Source of the DNA: Geosiphon pyriformis uo1 | Lineage: Eukaryota; Fungi; Glomeromycota | DNA: 64,000 bases | NCBI GenBank assembly: GCA_016748015.1 | Contig: JAAOMT010000512.1 | Span: 1,498,893-1,562,892 of the forward strand | Reading direction: 5' to 3' | Translations under genes and position numbers: made by a program | Shown here: positions 38,294 through 52,400 of the stretch, piece after piece | How positions within the stretch are numbered: position 1 is the stretch's first letter | Layout: every line of letters starts with the position of its first letter | Notes under the pieces: model-generated | Databases searched by the model: none | The model's input: the letters and a program-made list of their open reading frames with translations, nothing else | What the model was told of the DNA's origin: nothing

Positions 38294-41200
38294 TACTTTG
38301 ACCAAGCTTATTTTAAAGACAACTTTGAAGAAAAAACAATAACATTAATTAGCTTTTATATTCCACAATTTTTAAACAACAGCTCTCTGATTTCGAATAT
38401 TTAAATCACCAAATTCACATCTAGATTGCTGTCTATCAGTTAGCTAAAACCTCCTTTGAAACAAAAAAAAAGTTATCAAACTGCTCCTGGTTTTGATCTT
38501 TTCTTAAGCAAATCAGAACATTTTATACAAACAATTACTCCTAAACTAATGGCTAATAACCCTATGTAAACAAACATCTTAACTGCTCTCCAGAGTATAT
38601 AAACTGCTCTAAGACAAAGAAACAACATCCCATTACTATTATTCAAAGGTAATGCACAAGATCTAATTAAATGATTAAATGATTTTGAAAAAACTGCACA
38701 GCCAACCAATACTTAGTAAAGAATTATTAGATGGACATTAACAAATGTTAGAGAAAACAACATTTTTTTTATTACTTAGTTTAAAACAAAATTTAGAACT
38801 TCTATTTTGATATTTAAATAACACATAAAATTAGAAAAAAGAACCCAAGATCTTGGTAAAGTTGTAAATAAATATGCCAAAGCAATTAAAAAGTTAATTA
38901 AATAAGTAAACTTTGGAAGAAATTAGACAGAAGAGCAAAAAATTTACTTTTTTACAAAAAGATTGAAAACTAATTTTTAATATGCTTTTTGGTCTCTCTT
39001 GGTTCTAAAAGATAATTTCACAATAGATATGGTTATTGAACTTGCCCAACAAATTAAAGACAACCAAAGAATGCACTTGAAATCCATATTTCTAGTTTTT
39101 GCTTTTGCTTCTGTTATGGCTCTTGCTTCTTAAATAACTGTTACTTTTTTTGCTACCCAGACTTCAGATCTCAATGAACAATTAATAGATAAACTCACAA
39201 CCAATCTTGTCTGGCCAATAAAAATCTTAGCCCAAGCAGTCAAAAAGAAGCAACAAATTCAAAGACCCAAATTTGAACTCCATTTTAATCAGTCTTAGCA
39301 ATTTCTTTATCAAAAACAACAAAATTGCAGCCCATCTATATGTTATTGCTGTAAATTAACTGAATATTTCTCTAAAAATTGCAACAATTCTCCTCTGCTT
39401 CCTTTAGCTTATAGAAATAATAATAACCAAAACAATAAAACTAACAACAACAATGCCCCTAATCAAAAACTTAATCATGCCAACATTAATTTTTTTGAAG
39501 AAAATTTCTTAGTTAAAGCTACTGTTTATTAGCTTTTAAATTAGTAAACACATTTCTAAAAGGTGAAAGTACAAGCCAACCAGAAAAAAACTTTTTTTAT
39601 GCTTTTAACCTAACTGATAATAATCATAACATGAATGAACTAGCAATCAACACCTCTAAATTAACAAAAAAAAAAAAAAGCCAAGGTTGATTTTGTTTTG
39701 GACCCAAACAAAACATTTACATCAACTGTTAATAACAATAAACTACTAAAAGCTAAAGTTTTTAAAAATTCTCTAAAATTAAAACCTCCAGAAATTGTAC
39801 AAAAATCTGGTTCTTATTTTATTGTTAAAGATCTTATAAAAATCCCAGTTTATATTACTTTTGGTTAGTTAATAACCCATCCACAATTCAGAAAAGATCT
39901 TTGCAAATTCTTGATCCTAAAGAAAAAAATACCAAAAACCAACAAGTATTTTTGCCAAGCTAAACTTACTGACAATAGCAATATTACCTCTTTAATTTAC
40001 AAAGCCCAAGTAATTGACTATTTTATTGATCTAATCTTAGACAGTGGATTATTTGTTAGTGTTATTTTCAAACATTTTTTTAAAACAATTGGCAAAAAAA
40101 TTGATGAATCTTTAACTAAACCAATAATTAATGTACATGGTAACAAAAAAAAAGGGCTTAGTATAACCAAAGTTATTTCTGTTCACATTAATGATATTAG
40201 TATTGAAACTAACATAGAAGTATTTAAAACAAAAAAGTACACCATAATTGTTAGCAATGAGTGGCTTAAGAAAGCCAAAGCACTACTTAACTATAAACTT
40301 TGTAAGCTAACCATCAGATGTAATAAGAAGTCTATTGTGGTTAAGTGCTATTATTGGACAATTTTTTCAGTATTCAAGCAGAATCAAAAAAATAAACAAT
40401 CAGATGAATCAAATAATAAAGAGAGCAATAAAAAAGAAAATCAAAAAGAACAAAAAAAAACTGTTGAACTTGCTTATACTATTTTTATCAGCAATAGCAA
40501 GTTACTGAACAATGTTAAAGCTAACAAAGAAGAAATCATTATAAATAACAAGCTAATCTGCTGGCTTTATTATAATATCCTCAAAAAAACCTTCAATAGA
40601 AAGTTTGGCAAGAAAACAAAATACAGTTATTAATAGCATAGCCCTTGTACTTAGTACTGGTGTAATAAACCCTTGTATTTTTCTAGTAATAAATAAAAAT
40701 TCTGTCTAATCTACTATAAAGATTGGAAACTTATTAGCTTAATACCAAGAAAAAAACTAAAAAAAGTACAAAAGTCTTTTGAGAATAAACCACTTGAGAT
40801 CTAATTACTTACAGTAGAACAAAAAAAACTCTCACTTGAAGAAAAAAAAGTAGACATTAAAAATCTGTTGGCTAAAAATAGCCCAGTTATTTCAAAAAAA
40901 GGTAATACTTCTGGACAAACTCATGTAATACAACACACTATTACCACCAAAGAAACTTGTTCTATCTATTTGAAATCATATTAATTCAATCAATACAATA
41001 ATGAGTTTATCAAGAAAAAAATAAATTGAATAAAAAATCTTAGATTCATACAAAAAACCAAGAGTGAATAGGCTTTTCCAGTTGTAGTGGTATTCAAAAA
41101 AATAGAACTCTATGCTTTTGTGTTAATTATTGCTAATTAAATGCCATTATTATAAAAGACATGTACCTACTTTCTAAAATTAATACAATGTTAGACAAAT

Positions 41201-43590
41201 TCAATGGTGCTGCTTTTTTCTCAACTATTGACTTAACTGCTGAATTTTGGCAAGTAGAAATGAATCCAGAAAGCAAAAAAAAACTATCTTATTACCAAGT
41301 ATGATACCTACAAATTTACAGTTATGCTTTTTGGTCTTACCAATACTCTTTTTATCTTTTAATGTCTAATAGACAAAGTGTTTAAATCAGAAAAAAAAAA
41401 CTTTGTTCTGGTTTACTTAGACAACATAATAGTATACTCAAAAACCTGAAATAAACATCTTGAACACTTGCAAAAAGTTTTTGACTTTCTTAAAAATGCT
41501 GGTCTTAAAATAAATTCAATCAAATCTTTCTTTGGATAACAATCTACCCAGTTTTTTGGTTATCTTATTACAAAAGATAGAATCTTTCCTAACTCAGCTA
41601 AAGTTGAAAAAGTCCAGAACATTAGACAATCAATAAATGTTTCTGAACTATGTTCTTTTTTTGGTTTGGTTTCTTACTATCACAAATTTTTTAAGGATTT
41701 CTTTAAAATTGTCTTTCCTTTCAATCAACTATTTAAAAAAAATGGCAATTATTACTAAAGCACATACTAACAAAAAGCTTTTAAAATTCTGAAAGAAAAA
41801 TTTGTTACTAAACCAATTCTTAAGCAACTTAATCTGAATCAACTTTTTATTTTGCATATTGATACATTTGGCTATAAACTTGATGCTATTCTCTCACAAA
41901 AAAATGAAAATAACAGAAAATATACTATAGCATATGCCAATAGAACTCTCATATTAGCAGAAAAAAACTATTCAGTTACTAAACAAGAATGCTTAATAGT
42001 AGTTTGGGCTACTAATTATTAAGATTAATATCTTCTTGGTGTGAAATTTTTAGTAATAACAGATTATTAAGCCTTGGTTTGGCTGTACAACAAAAAGAAG
42101 CTGGAACACAAACAAATAACTTACTAGATACTCTATCTGAATAAATTTGATTATAATATTTAATATTGTAAAAGAGCTAATTATCAAAATGTTAACATTT
42201 TCTCTAAATTTACCATTCAATAACAGTACAACCTTTTCAAACCAAACCAACTTAATTATTAGTAACTTTTTTATAAACAAACACAATAATAGACTTGGAT
42301 AACTACTCTGTATTAATGAAATTTTTGAGTAAAGAACAATACTTACCAAACTACATTTGACAACAAAGAAAACATTTGTACAAACAATCAAAATTTTATT
42401 TTATTTGTCAGAACTAACTCTACAAAAAAAATAAAAAAGATCTTAATTACTCTCAAAAAGTCATTAGATTTGAAAAAAAAATTGTGATTTACAACATGTA
42501 TACTAATCTATTAGTTGAACACTTTGGAAAAACAAAAACAATTCAGAAAACTTTAACTTGCTATTATTGGTTTATATTGGAAAAAAACATTGCTGAATAC
42601 ATTAAAATTTATAATACTTGCCAAAAAAAAGACAAATCCAATTGAAAAGAAGATATCTATCCAATCTCTGTTGGTTAACTATTTGACAGAATTGGCATTC
42701 TAACAATAATTCCTGATAGTAATAGATACATTATCACAGCTACTGACTATCTTACAAAGTAAATAGAAGCAAAAACCACTCCAGACTAAATAACAGTCTC
42801 AATAGCCAATTTTATTTATGAAGATATAATCTGCTGTTATGGCTGTTCCAAAGAACTTTTATTTGATAAAAAAAATATTTTTCTCAGTACACTGATTAAA
42901 AAACTTTGTAGAAAAATGGAAATATATTATAAACTTTTTTTTTCTTACTATTTCTAAACAAATGGCCTAATAGAACGTTTTAATAGAACACTATATAAAA
43001 TCTTAGCCAAAACCAATAAAAAAACAAACTTATAGAACAAAATACTGTCTTTAGCTTTGTTTGTTTATAGAACTGTGAATTATAACATAACAAATTATGA
43101 ACTTTTTTATCTATTCTATAGATGTATGGCAATACTACTAATAAAAATTGACATTAAAACAATACTCTTTAAAAAAAATTATAATAAAGAATTATAAAGA
43201 CATTTTGCAAAGAAAATTTGGTACCATTCTTAATTTATTGATAGAAGCATAAATAATTGCTTTTAAAAAGATAAACAGTTTCAAGAAAAGCTTAAGAAAA
43301 AAAACTTATAAAACACTTTTCTTAAGTATTAGTAACTTAGTATTAGAATACTATTCAAATAAAGACAATATCTATGATAATAAATTCTTTAGTTGGTAGA
43401 AAAAACTCTTTAGTCAACAAAGTTTTGAAAAATGGTTTTTATATTTTACAAGATTAATATAAAACAATCTTTAATAATTGTTCTGTTCATGGTACATGAC
43501 TCAAAAAATATCATAAACGACCTGATTGGTTGTCTGTTGTAGTAATATTGACTCAAATGATCAGCAAAAAACAAGTATAAATAAATGCAC
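38294..43590 (+). pseudogene. Family 2 gag-pol pseudogene (no dUTPase)
   Basis: FKGNAQDLIK gag, CYCC knuckle, protease ORF 39911-40633 (DLILDSGL), RT, RH, integrase. Confidence 0.9.
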
Positions 43591-43621
43591 CATTTCCAAA
43601 ACAGAGATATTTTCAATTGAC

Positions 43622-44275
43622 ATGAACAATTATTTCTTGGATCAAAACATTCAAAACATTTATACTTTCTATAAGTATTGGATTAAAAACTATTTAAATC
43701 CTACTTTAACTATTAAAAAACAGACTACTATAACTGATAACAGTAGAATATATACTGTTATTAGACCAAAAAAAACCACTATTAGAAGAAAAAAAATTAG
43801 TAGCAAAATAGATAAATATCTGTTGAAAAGTATAACAGCAGCTATATTCCTATCTTCTAGCACAATTAGAAAAACAATTCAAAAAATTTTGCCTATAGAC
43901 AAAAACTTGTTATGTAAAAAACAACTAGAATTCTATAGTTATCTTGATAAAATCATAGAGAATATAAAACTCATAAAGAAAACAACTTTAGAGATACAGA
44001 TAAAAATTTTGAATATTATATAATTAGATGTTTTAAGAGTTTTAATTATTATTAAAAGAGCCAAAATTCTAATACAAAGATTTAGTCTTTTGGATACAAA
44101 ATTCATTTTACTTTAAGTGTTATATATCTTATTTACAAAAAACTTTAACAAACTAGTTAGCTTTGAGTTAGATAAAACTCTTCAAATAGATTATTTCATA
44201 AATAACTTGATTTTGCCAAAGCTTAATCTTTTTAGAGAGAATAATATTATGATTGAAATTCATACTTTTTATTAG
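43622..44275 (+). pseudogene. Family 2 ORF3 (~217 aa, extends 10 codons into the LTR)
   Basis: MNNYFLDQNIQ start at 43622, single frame to TAG at 44275 with internal stops; homologous to 58861-59516. Confidence 0.8.
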
Positions 44276-44975
44276 TTATTACATGTATTAGCTATTAATA
44301 TCATATAATTAACCACCCTATTTTTAGATAGTAATTATTGATCTAATCAATGATCTGACTATTGACTTAATTATTGACCTGATCATTGATTTGATCATTA
44401 ACCTAATTATTGACCTAATTATTAACTACTTTTAATAAATATATAAGCAATGAGTCTCTTAGCTATAGAAAAATATAATCAAAGTAATAAAATAAAACTT
44501 ACTATTAATTACTTTCTTTTATATTACTTATTTCTTTTTCTTTTTCTTTATCTTCAAGTATCTAAATATCTTGAAATAAAAGATTACTTGTTGGCATTCA
44601 CATATTTTATCTTTTCTTCTTTTTGATTTGTATTATTAAAATTAGTTTAAGAAGCAATTGCTTGCTCTTGTAATTTATTGAATAAAAAAATAATTAAAAA
44701 GCACAATAATATTTGTTATTGATTTTAAAAATCACTGAATTGAAACATAGAATAATAGCAGCAGTATTATCTTGTTAATAATTATAGACTATTTCTCTAC
44801 TTTTAGATTTTTAAAAAAGATTTATGACTGTGATTTTTATGAAACTGATCATATATATTGAATTTTTACTTATTTAATTTGCTCTCTTATTATAATTCTC
44901 TCTTTGATTATTTCTATTACCCTATAATCTTGTTTTTCTTTGTTATTTGTTAGCTTGCTACTCTAATTCATAACA
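44245..44975 (+). repeat. 3' LTR of Gypsy-2a (731 bp)
   Basis: Follows PPT AGAGAGAATAA; ends CATAACA. Confidence 0.9.
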
Positions 44976-45390
44976 GTAGTATCTTATTTTAGTGTTCTAT
45001 ATACTAATAACACTAATAAAATAAAGATATCTTATTCTTGTTTAAAATCAGTTAAGACTTTAGCTAATAATTTACATAGTATTTAATTGAATTATTTTAC
45101 TAGTCTATTTATTTATAAGTAATAAAATAATAATAAAAATTTTTTAATATTGAATTATTTACAAATTATTTGTATTAAGTTGTTCATAAAATGTGTTTTT
45201 AATTAAATAAAAGTTTAATTAAACATCTATGTCTACAAATAATGTCTTTGTAAATAAAATTTGCTATTGATTTTGCATCTGCTTATTAAATAGCTCTGGT
45301 TTTAGGCTATTTGATAAGATAATCTACTATAATTACAATATAATAGTTTTTTTTAATAGTAATAGATAATAATTTAACTAAATTGATACT

Positions 45391-48370
45391 AAAAATAAAA
45401 TTATCACTATTTAATTATATCATACATTATAAAAAGAGAAAAAAAAATGGAAATGTCAACAGTCTGTCATAAGTGAAACAAATCTAAAAACATTTCAACC
45501 CAAAAATATAACATAAAAATATTAACGACTCTAATATTATATAAATACTCAATAATTCAAAAAAAAATTATTTTAAAAAGAACAAAACAACATAAACAAC
45601 AATCAAAATATTTTATTACTTATTAAAATATACTATATTAGAAAAACAAAAAAATTTCAAACCAATTATTTAAAGTAATTACAAAACCAGAAAAAAAAAC
45701 AATATTATTCAACATGTATTTAGATCCAACTGTAGAATATTTCTATAAAGAAGCAACTATAGAAACAACTAAAAAAAGATACTATTGGTTATCAATGTAT
45801 TTAGACATCATTTAATATTTTAAAATTATAATACTTATTAAAAAAGAGAAAAAACAAGATTTAGCAAATTATTAAAACTATCTAGTAAAACAACTATTTA
45901 ATTAGATTAAAATTAACTTAATAAGACTATTAATAATAACTAATAGAGACAATTAATATATAGTAATAGTTATAAATTATCTTACAAAATAACTAAAAGC
46001 TAAAATTATTCAAAAAGCAGATACAAAATTTGTAGCTGAATTTATATACCAGAATTTGATTTGTTAACATAAAAGTCCAAAAAAATTGTTATTAAACCAA
46101 AAAACTTATTTTATAAACATAATATTAACAAAATTAAATTAAAAAGTTAGAATTAAAAGATCATTATTATTTTTATATTATCTATAAACAAATGGCTTAG
46201 TTAAAAAATTCAATAAAACATTGTGTAAAGTAATAACTAAAATCAGCCAAAAAAACCAAAACAAATAAGATTTGTGTATATTATTAATATTATTTGCTTA
46301 TTAAATAATAAAACAAAATATTACATAAGCAATACTATTTAAATTAGTTTATGATAAAATACCAACACTACTTATTAAGATAAAAATCAATACATATTTA
46401 ATAAAACCAATAACAAAAGCCAACTTTCAAGAAACATTACTAAAAAAAACATATAACTTAATAAAAACTCTGGAAAATAAAAAACAAATAGCAGCTAATA
46501 ACATATAAAAGTTACAAAAAAAACAACATAACAATCAATTATTAAATAAATTTATCAAATTTATGATTGGATACAAAATACTTTTAAATTATACCAAAGC
46601 AAAAAAACAATGAAGTTGAAAGTTTGACTCTAAATAGAACAGTCTATTTTATATTAAAAATATTCTAAAAAATAGAATTATAAATTAAGATAAATAATAA
46701 AATTTTAATCAAAGCAGTATATAGTAATTGATTAAAATCATATTACAATATAATAATAATATTATTAGTAATATTTTACAACTAAAAATACAAAAAATAC
46801 TAGTCAAACCAAATAAAATTTTATAAAATTTGGAATCAATTATAATTATCAAAAAAAACAAAAAAAAGTAAATTAAGATAAAAGTGTATAAAAACACAGT
46901 ATATATTACAAAAGTGACAATAAAAGATAAAAATCTCAGACCACATTTACATAATAACACAAAAATTGTTTTAAGTTATAAATCAACAATAATTAAATAT
47001 AAAAATTATTATTAATTACCAAACAATTTATTATAAAAACACACAAAAAAAAAGCAAAAATCACTTTATATTAGTGATCATAGAACTAAATAAAGCATTA
47101 GATAAATAAAATCATAAAAAAAGTAAAGAACACTTTTAAAAAAATACCAATTACTGTTTTAACAAAAAAATTAATTAAAAAAACTGAAAACTATAAATAA
47201 AACAATTTTCAATAACATACTATTACTATTAGTTAAGACAAAAATTAAATACCTAAGAATTATATACTAATAAATTCAAAAAATATTTAATTAAGAAATA
47301 ATACAATAGATTAAAGACTTTATTAGAAAAAAACAAGTTTTATACTATATATTAAAACAATTTATTAACTATATACTGTATTTTAGAATTATTCAGAAAT
47401 ACTATTACATTTAGAAATAGAAATAATAGTTATTAACCAGTAGATAAAAATAACTAACTCTTAATTTGAAAACATAAAAACCAAAATTAAACAAATAGTA
47501 TTAAAAAATAAAGTAATAAACTTAATTTAAAATAAAAATTTTAATGAAATTCAATATTAAAAAAAAATGATAATATTATTTATAAAAAAAAATTACAAAA
47601 AAAAGATAAAAAAAACAGATTATAAAATAGATTAATAAAAAAATAAGTATTTAATAAATAAACACATTTTTAGAAATGAGTATATTTTCAAAAAGTAGTA
47701 TATAAAAAGAGTAAAAATATATAGAATCTTATATAACATGAATTATATATATATAATAAGAATATTAAAAACAGAAAAAAAGAACAATAGTTAAAAACAA
47801 GTAATTATAAAAATACTTTTTCCTTTAAAAAATAGTTTTCTATAAACTTAAAATAAAAGAATATTCATATTAATAAAAATACCTATTGTTATTTAATTTA
47901 TATTGTTATTATTTAATTAGGAAATATTAATTACTTTTGTATTATTAACAACTTATGTTGATAAAATCCAATATTTAACTATATTAGATCAATAACTCTT
48001 GATTATGACTATTAACAGAATACTAATTTCTTATATATATATATTTTTTTTGTTGTTTACTAATTAATTAAAAGATTAAGTATTGAATAATTAACATTAA
48101 AAATAGCCTAATAAAAGACTTGTAAAACAAGAATAGAAAATTTAAAAATAATTTACCAGAAAAACATAATTGTTAAAATAAATTGGCTATTATACTGGAA
48201 AAAAAAATTCACCAAAAAAATCATCTATTAAATCTCTGCTTATTATATAAAGAACTTAACTAAAACTTTCAGATTACAAAATCTTCAAAAATTATTATCA
48301 TCAATAATTATTGAATACCAAGTTATGAATTTGTTATTTATTCTAACATCTCAAATAATTATCTATAATA
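45391..48370 (+). mobile_element. Gypsy family 1 copy c: RH end, IN, ORF3, 3' LTR (47574-48370), extremely decayed
   Basis: Collinear with 60345-63408 and 6420-9465; LTR end abuts family 2 RT at 48371. Confidence 0.88.
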
Positions 48371-49445
48371 ATTTATACAAGAAACCAATAATAAATAGAT
48401 CTTTTCAATTGTAGTAATATTTAAAAAAGATAAAATTTTATACTTTTGTGTTAATTATTGCCAATTAAATGTTATTACTAAAAAAGATATGTACTTATTT
48501 TTTAAAATTAATACAATACTAAACCAATTTAATAGTGCTGCTTTTTTCTTAACTATTAATCTAACTACTAAATTTTAACAAATAAAAATGAATTTAGAAA
48601 GCAAAAAAAAAACAGTCTTTATTACTAAGTATAATACATATAAATTTATAGTTATGCTTTTTGGCTTTATTAATATTTTTTTATTTTTTAATGCTTAATA
48701 AACAAAATATTTGAATTAGTAAAAGAAAAATTTGTTCTAATTTATTTGAATAATATAATAGTATACTCAAAAACTTAAAATAAACTCTTTAAATATTTGC
48801 AAAAAGTTTTTAATATGCTTATAAATGCTGGCCTTAAGATTAACTTAATCAAATTTTTCTTTGGATAATAATCTACTTAGTTTTTTGGTCATTTTTTTAT
48901 AAAAGATAAAATTTTTTCTGATCCAGCCAAGATTGAAAAAGTTCAAAATATTAAACAATTAATAAATATTTATAAACTATATTTTTTTTTGGTTTAGTAT
49001 TTTATTATTAAAAGTTTGTTAAAAATTTTTCCAAAATCACTTTTTCTCTTAATTAGTTATTTAAGAAAATTATTAATTATTACTGAAATATACATTGGCA
49101 AAAAGCTTTTAAAATTCTAAAAAAAAACTAGTTACTAAACCAATTTTTATGCAATCTAATCTAAATCAATTTTTTATTTTTTACATTAACATATTTGGCT
49201 TTAGATTTGGTGTTGTTCTCTTTCAAAAAAATAAAAATAGCAAAAAACATATTATAGCTTATACCAGCTAATTACTTTTTTCAACAGAACAAAACTATTC
49301 AATTACTAAACAGAAATGCTTAATAGTAATATAAACTATTAGTTATTAGAATAAATATTTTTTTGGTGCCAAATTTTTGGTGATAACAGATTATTAAGTT
49401 TTGATTTGGCTGCACAAGAAAAAAAAGCTGAAACACAAATAAATA

Positions 49446-52400
49446 CAAAGAGTGTTCAAAAGTTTTCAAACAAGATTTTATTTAACAATAATATTTATTT
49501 TTTTATAATAATTTCTAAATTTTCTATTAAGTTTTTAATACTTTATTGGTCTTTTTTGTGCTATAATTACTGCTTAAATACATCAAAGCATACTATCAAC
49601 TAATTTTATAATTATTAATTTAGAAATTGCTTTTCAAGTTTCTTTAACATACTTATCAAGTTTTTTAAGAGTAGTTAGTAATTTTTTTTTTTACAAATAT
49701 TATATTTTATTACAATCCATAAATTTTCAATTGAATTTAGATCTGAATTTTAAGAAGACCAAGAAAAAATACATAACTTGTTTTTGCTATAAAATTCTTT
49801 AACAGTTTTTGATTGATAAAAGATAGCAAAAAAAAATTAATACAAAAAACTTCTTTCTTTCTTACATCCAAAAATCCCCAGAGTACTTTTCTGAAAAAGA
49901 AGTTTTTTTATTTTTCTTGTTAGTTTATTTCACTATTTTTCTTTCTAATAATCTTTTTTTTGTGGACTTGGAGACTGCTTCTGGTGGCAACATGTCTAAA
50001 AAAAAGCATCCAAGAGTGCTTTTTATGGTCCTGCTGGTGGCTTCTTTTCACAGAAGAAGAAAGTTGTATTTGGAAATATTAAACACTTGGATAATGAAAA
50101 AAATATCTCTTTAAACAAGTCTGGGCTTAGTAATAATGTATTTTCTGATGTAAATAGTTTGTTTAATAATGAAAAAGATACTAACATAACTGGTATTAAT
50201 GATGAGTCTCTTTTGGATTTAGCCACTAATACTCCTAAGACAAAGTGTATCAATACTGGTGCTGTTTTTGGTTCTCCTCTTGGCTTTCTCAATTTGATAT
50301 AGATGATAATATGATCTCTTTTCCTTTTTACTTGTCTATTTTTTTAGATAAAAAGTGGGTTGACTTAAAAATTACCAAGACACAAGTGAAAGTATCTGTT
50401 AAAAAGTTTTTTGCTTTGGACATTAATCTTTCAGTAGTAGATGGCAAATTGGCAACAGCAAAGATACAATTAATCAGAAAATTATTCTCAACTGTCAATG
50501 GTTTTGGAAGGGCCACTATTTTTTCAAAATTTGAAGGGATCATCAAATTTACGTTTATTTCAAAGATCAGCATGAAGAAAGCTGTTTTATTGGCCAAAAA
50601 AAATGGGATCATTACAAATGTTGATATTAAGAAACAAAAAATGCATTCAGATCAGACTGTGGTTATTAAAAGAATTTTTATGAACATGCCAAAAGAAATA
50701 ATTATCACTGTAGTATTCAATTTTGGTGAAATTAAGTCAATCAAAATTCAGCTGATTGGAATATAGTAGAAGATTATAGTAAAATTTGCTGAATTAGATC
50801 AGATTGAACAATTGGCTACTAAATGATTTTTTTTGATTAAGAAAAATTTAGTGTGTGTGGCTATGACTGTAGAAGATTGTGATACCTGAGCATTAAAAAA
50901 TTAGTTTAGGGCTCTGTTGTTTATTTTGCTTATAAGAACAACTGCTTATAATTTGGGCACTCTTTTAAAAGAGATTGGTAGGAAAACTTGTATTATTAAT
51001 TGATTATTAAATACTGGCAATAGAGTTTGCTGCACTGTGATTGGCTTTGAGTCAAAAAATGTTATGAAGTCTGCATATTACACTGAGTCAATCTTAGATA
51101 GTATTAAACTTTCTTGGACAAGATTGGATCTAGTTTAATGTAAAAAATATGAGAAGTTGGGTCATTCTGCTTTGGAGTGTGATGCAACAGATGTGTCTGC
51201 TTTTAAGCCCCCAAAGTTATTTAAAAAGTCTGTTTCTATGATAGAACATTTTTGGTTGGTCAAATTATATGCTAAAAAGAGTGTTTCTATCTCTTGTTCT
51301 GCTGCTTTTGGTGGCAAATTTTGAGTCCAAGTGGTCTCAGCAGTACTTGCTTTTTATGTTTCTCTCGATAGTTCTGATTTTGGTCTCTTTTCTGGTGTCT
51401 TAGATTCTAATAGTGGGCTTTTTTCTTCTCTTAATGCTGATTTTTTTCTAAATGCACATTTGGTCTCTCTAAAACAATCTTTAGAATTGCTAGCTGATTA
51501 AGTATTCAATATTATGCACAGATTAAATAGTGTGGAGTTGACATCTCTGGTGCCTGTTTCTTATGTAATACTTCCAGCTACTCTTGTTTCTATGATGTTA
51601 ATATTAGTTGTTAATATGGTTTTGAATGGTTTTTAGCTGGTTTTTTTTTCTTTTTTTCCTGTATTAGAAAACAAGGTTGTGAATTTGGGTCTAAGTAGTT
51701 TAAAAGTTCTTACTTTTAAAATTGGTAGTTTAAAATCTAAAATAGTGGCTCTTGAAGTTTTTATTGACTTAATTTTGGAGAAATTAGATCTGTTGTGTAT
51801 GAATTTGGGTTCCTTAGCACATCATTTGCCTTAATGAGTAAGCTTATTTAGAGGATAGCTATATGTAATATTAAGAGTATAACAAATTTAGTTAAACAGA
51901 AAAACATTGTTCATTGGCATAGGAAATCAAAGAATATGATTATGATTGTTATAGAAATTAAATTGAAGTCTAATATTAAGCCATAGATTATGAATAAGTT
52001 TGATAAAGTTCAAGTTTTTTTTTGGTTTGAATGTGAGTTTTCTTGGTGCTGGAGTTGCCATTGTCATGGTCTAGTTAATACTTTTAGTAGACATTCATTG
52101 GCCAAAGCTTTTACTTAAAACAATTTTAAAAGTGTTAAAAAAGTACTGGATTTTATTTTTGTGAGTAGAAACCTGGTATTTGCAATTGTATTACATAAAG
52201 TTGATAATATGTTAGAGTTTTTTAATACAGATCATAAGGCAGTTTCAGTTGTGATCAGTTTGAGGGGACTTCTGAATGCTTATCTTAACAGTGCTTGTAA
52301 ACAAGCCAATTGGAATTGGTGAAAGTTCAGGTTAGAACATACAGATAAAACTCATTGGTTGCATTTTAAGAAGCAATCTTCTATTGAGTTGTTGATAAAG

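Larger units (their letters stand above)
37573..44975 (+). mobile_element. Gypsy family 2 copy a, two LTRs and 4-bp TSD
   Basis: LTRs 37573-~38293 and 44245-44975 (TATTATG...CATAACA); TSD ATAG/GTAG; gag CCHC ~39341, LILDSG 40031, YLDNI ~41414, RH, IN (NGLIERFN ~42961), ORF3. Confidence 0.95.
28377..45390 (-). mobile_element. Gypsy family 3 fragment (integrase, ORF3, 3' LTR), split by Gypsy-2a and LINE C
   Basis: Integrase core on minus strand at 45390-44976 resumes at 37572-37140 (DTT|KHT once the 4-bp TSD is removed); PPT AAGAGGAAAATTA at 36181-36169; LTR TATTACCAA (36168) ... TTAGTAACA (28377). Confidence 0.78.
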
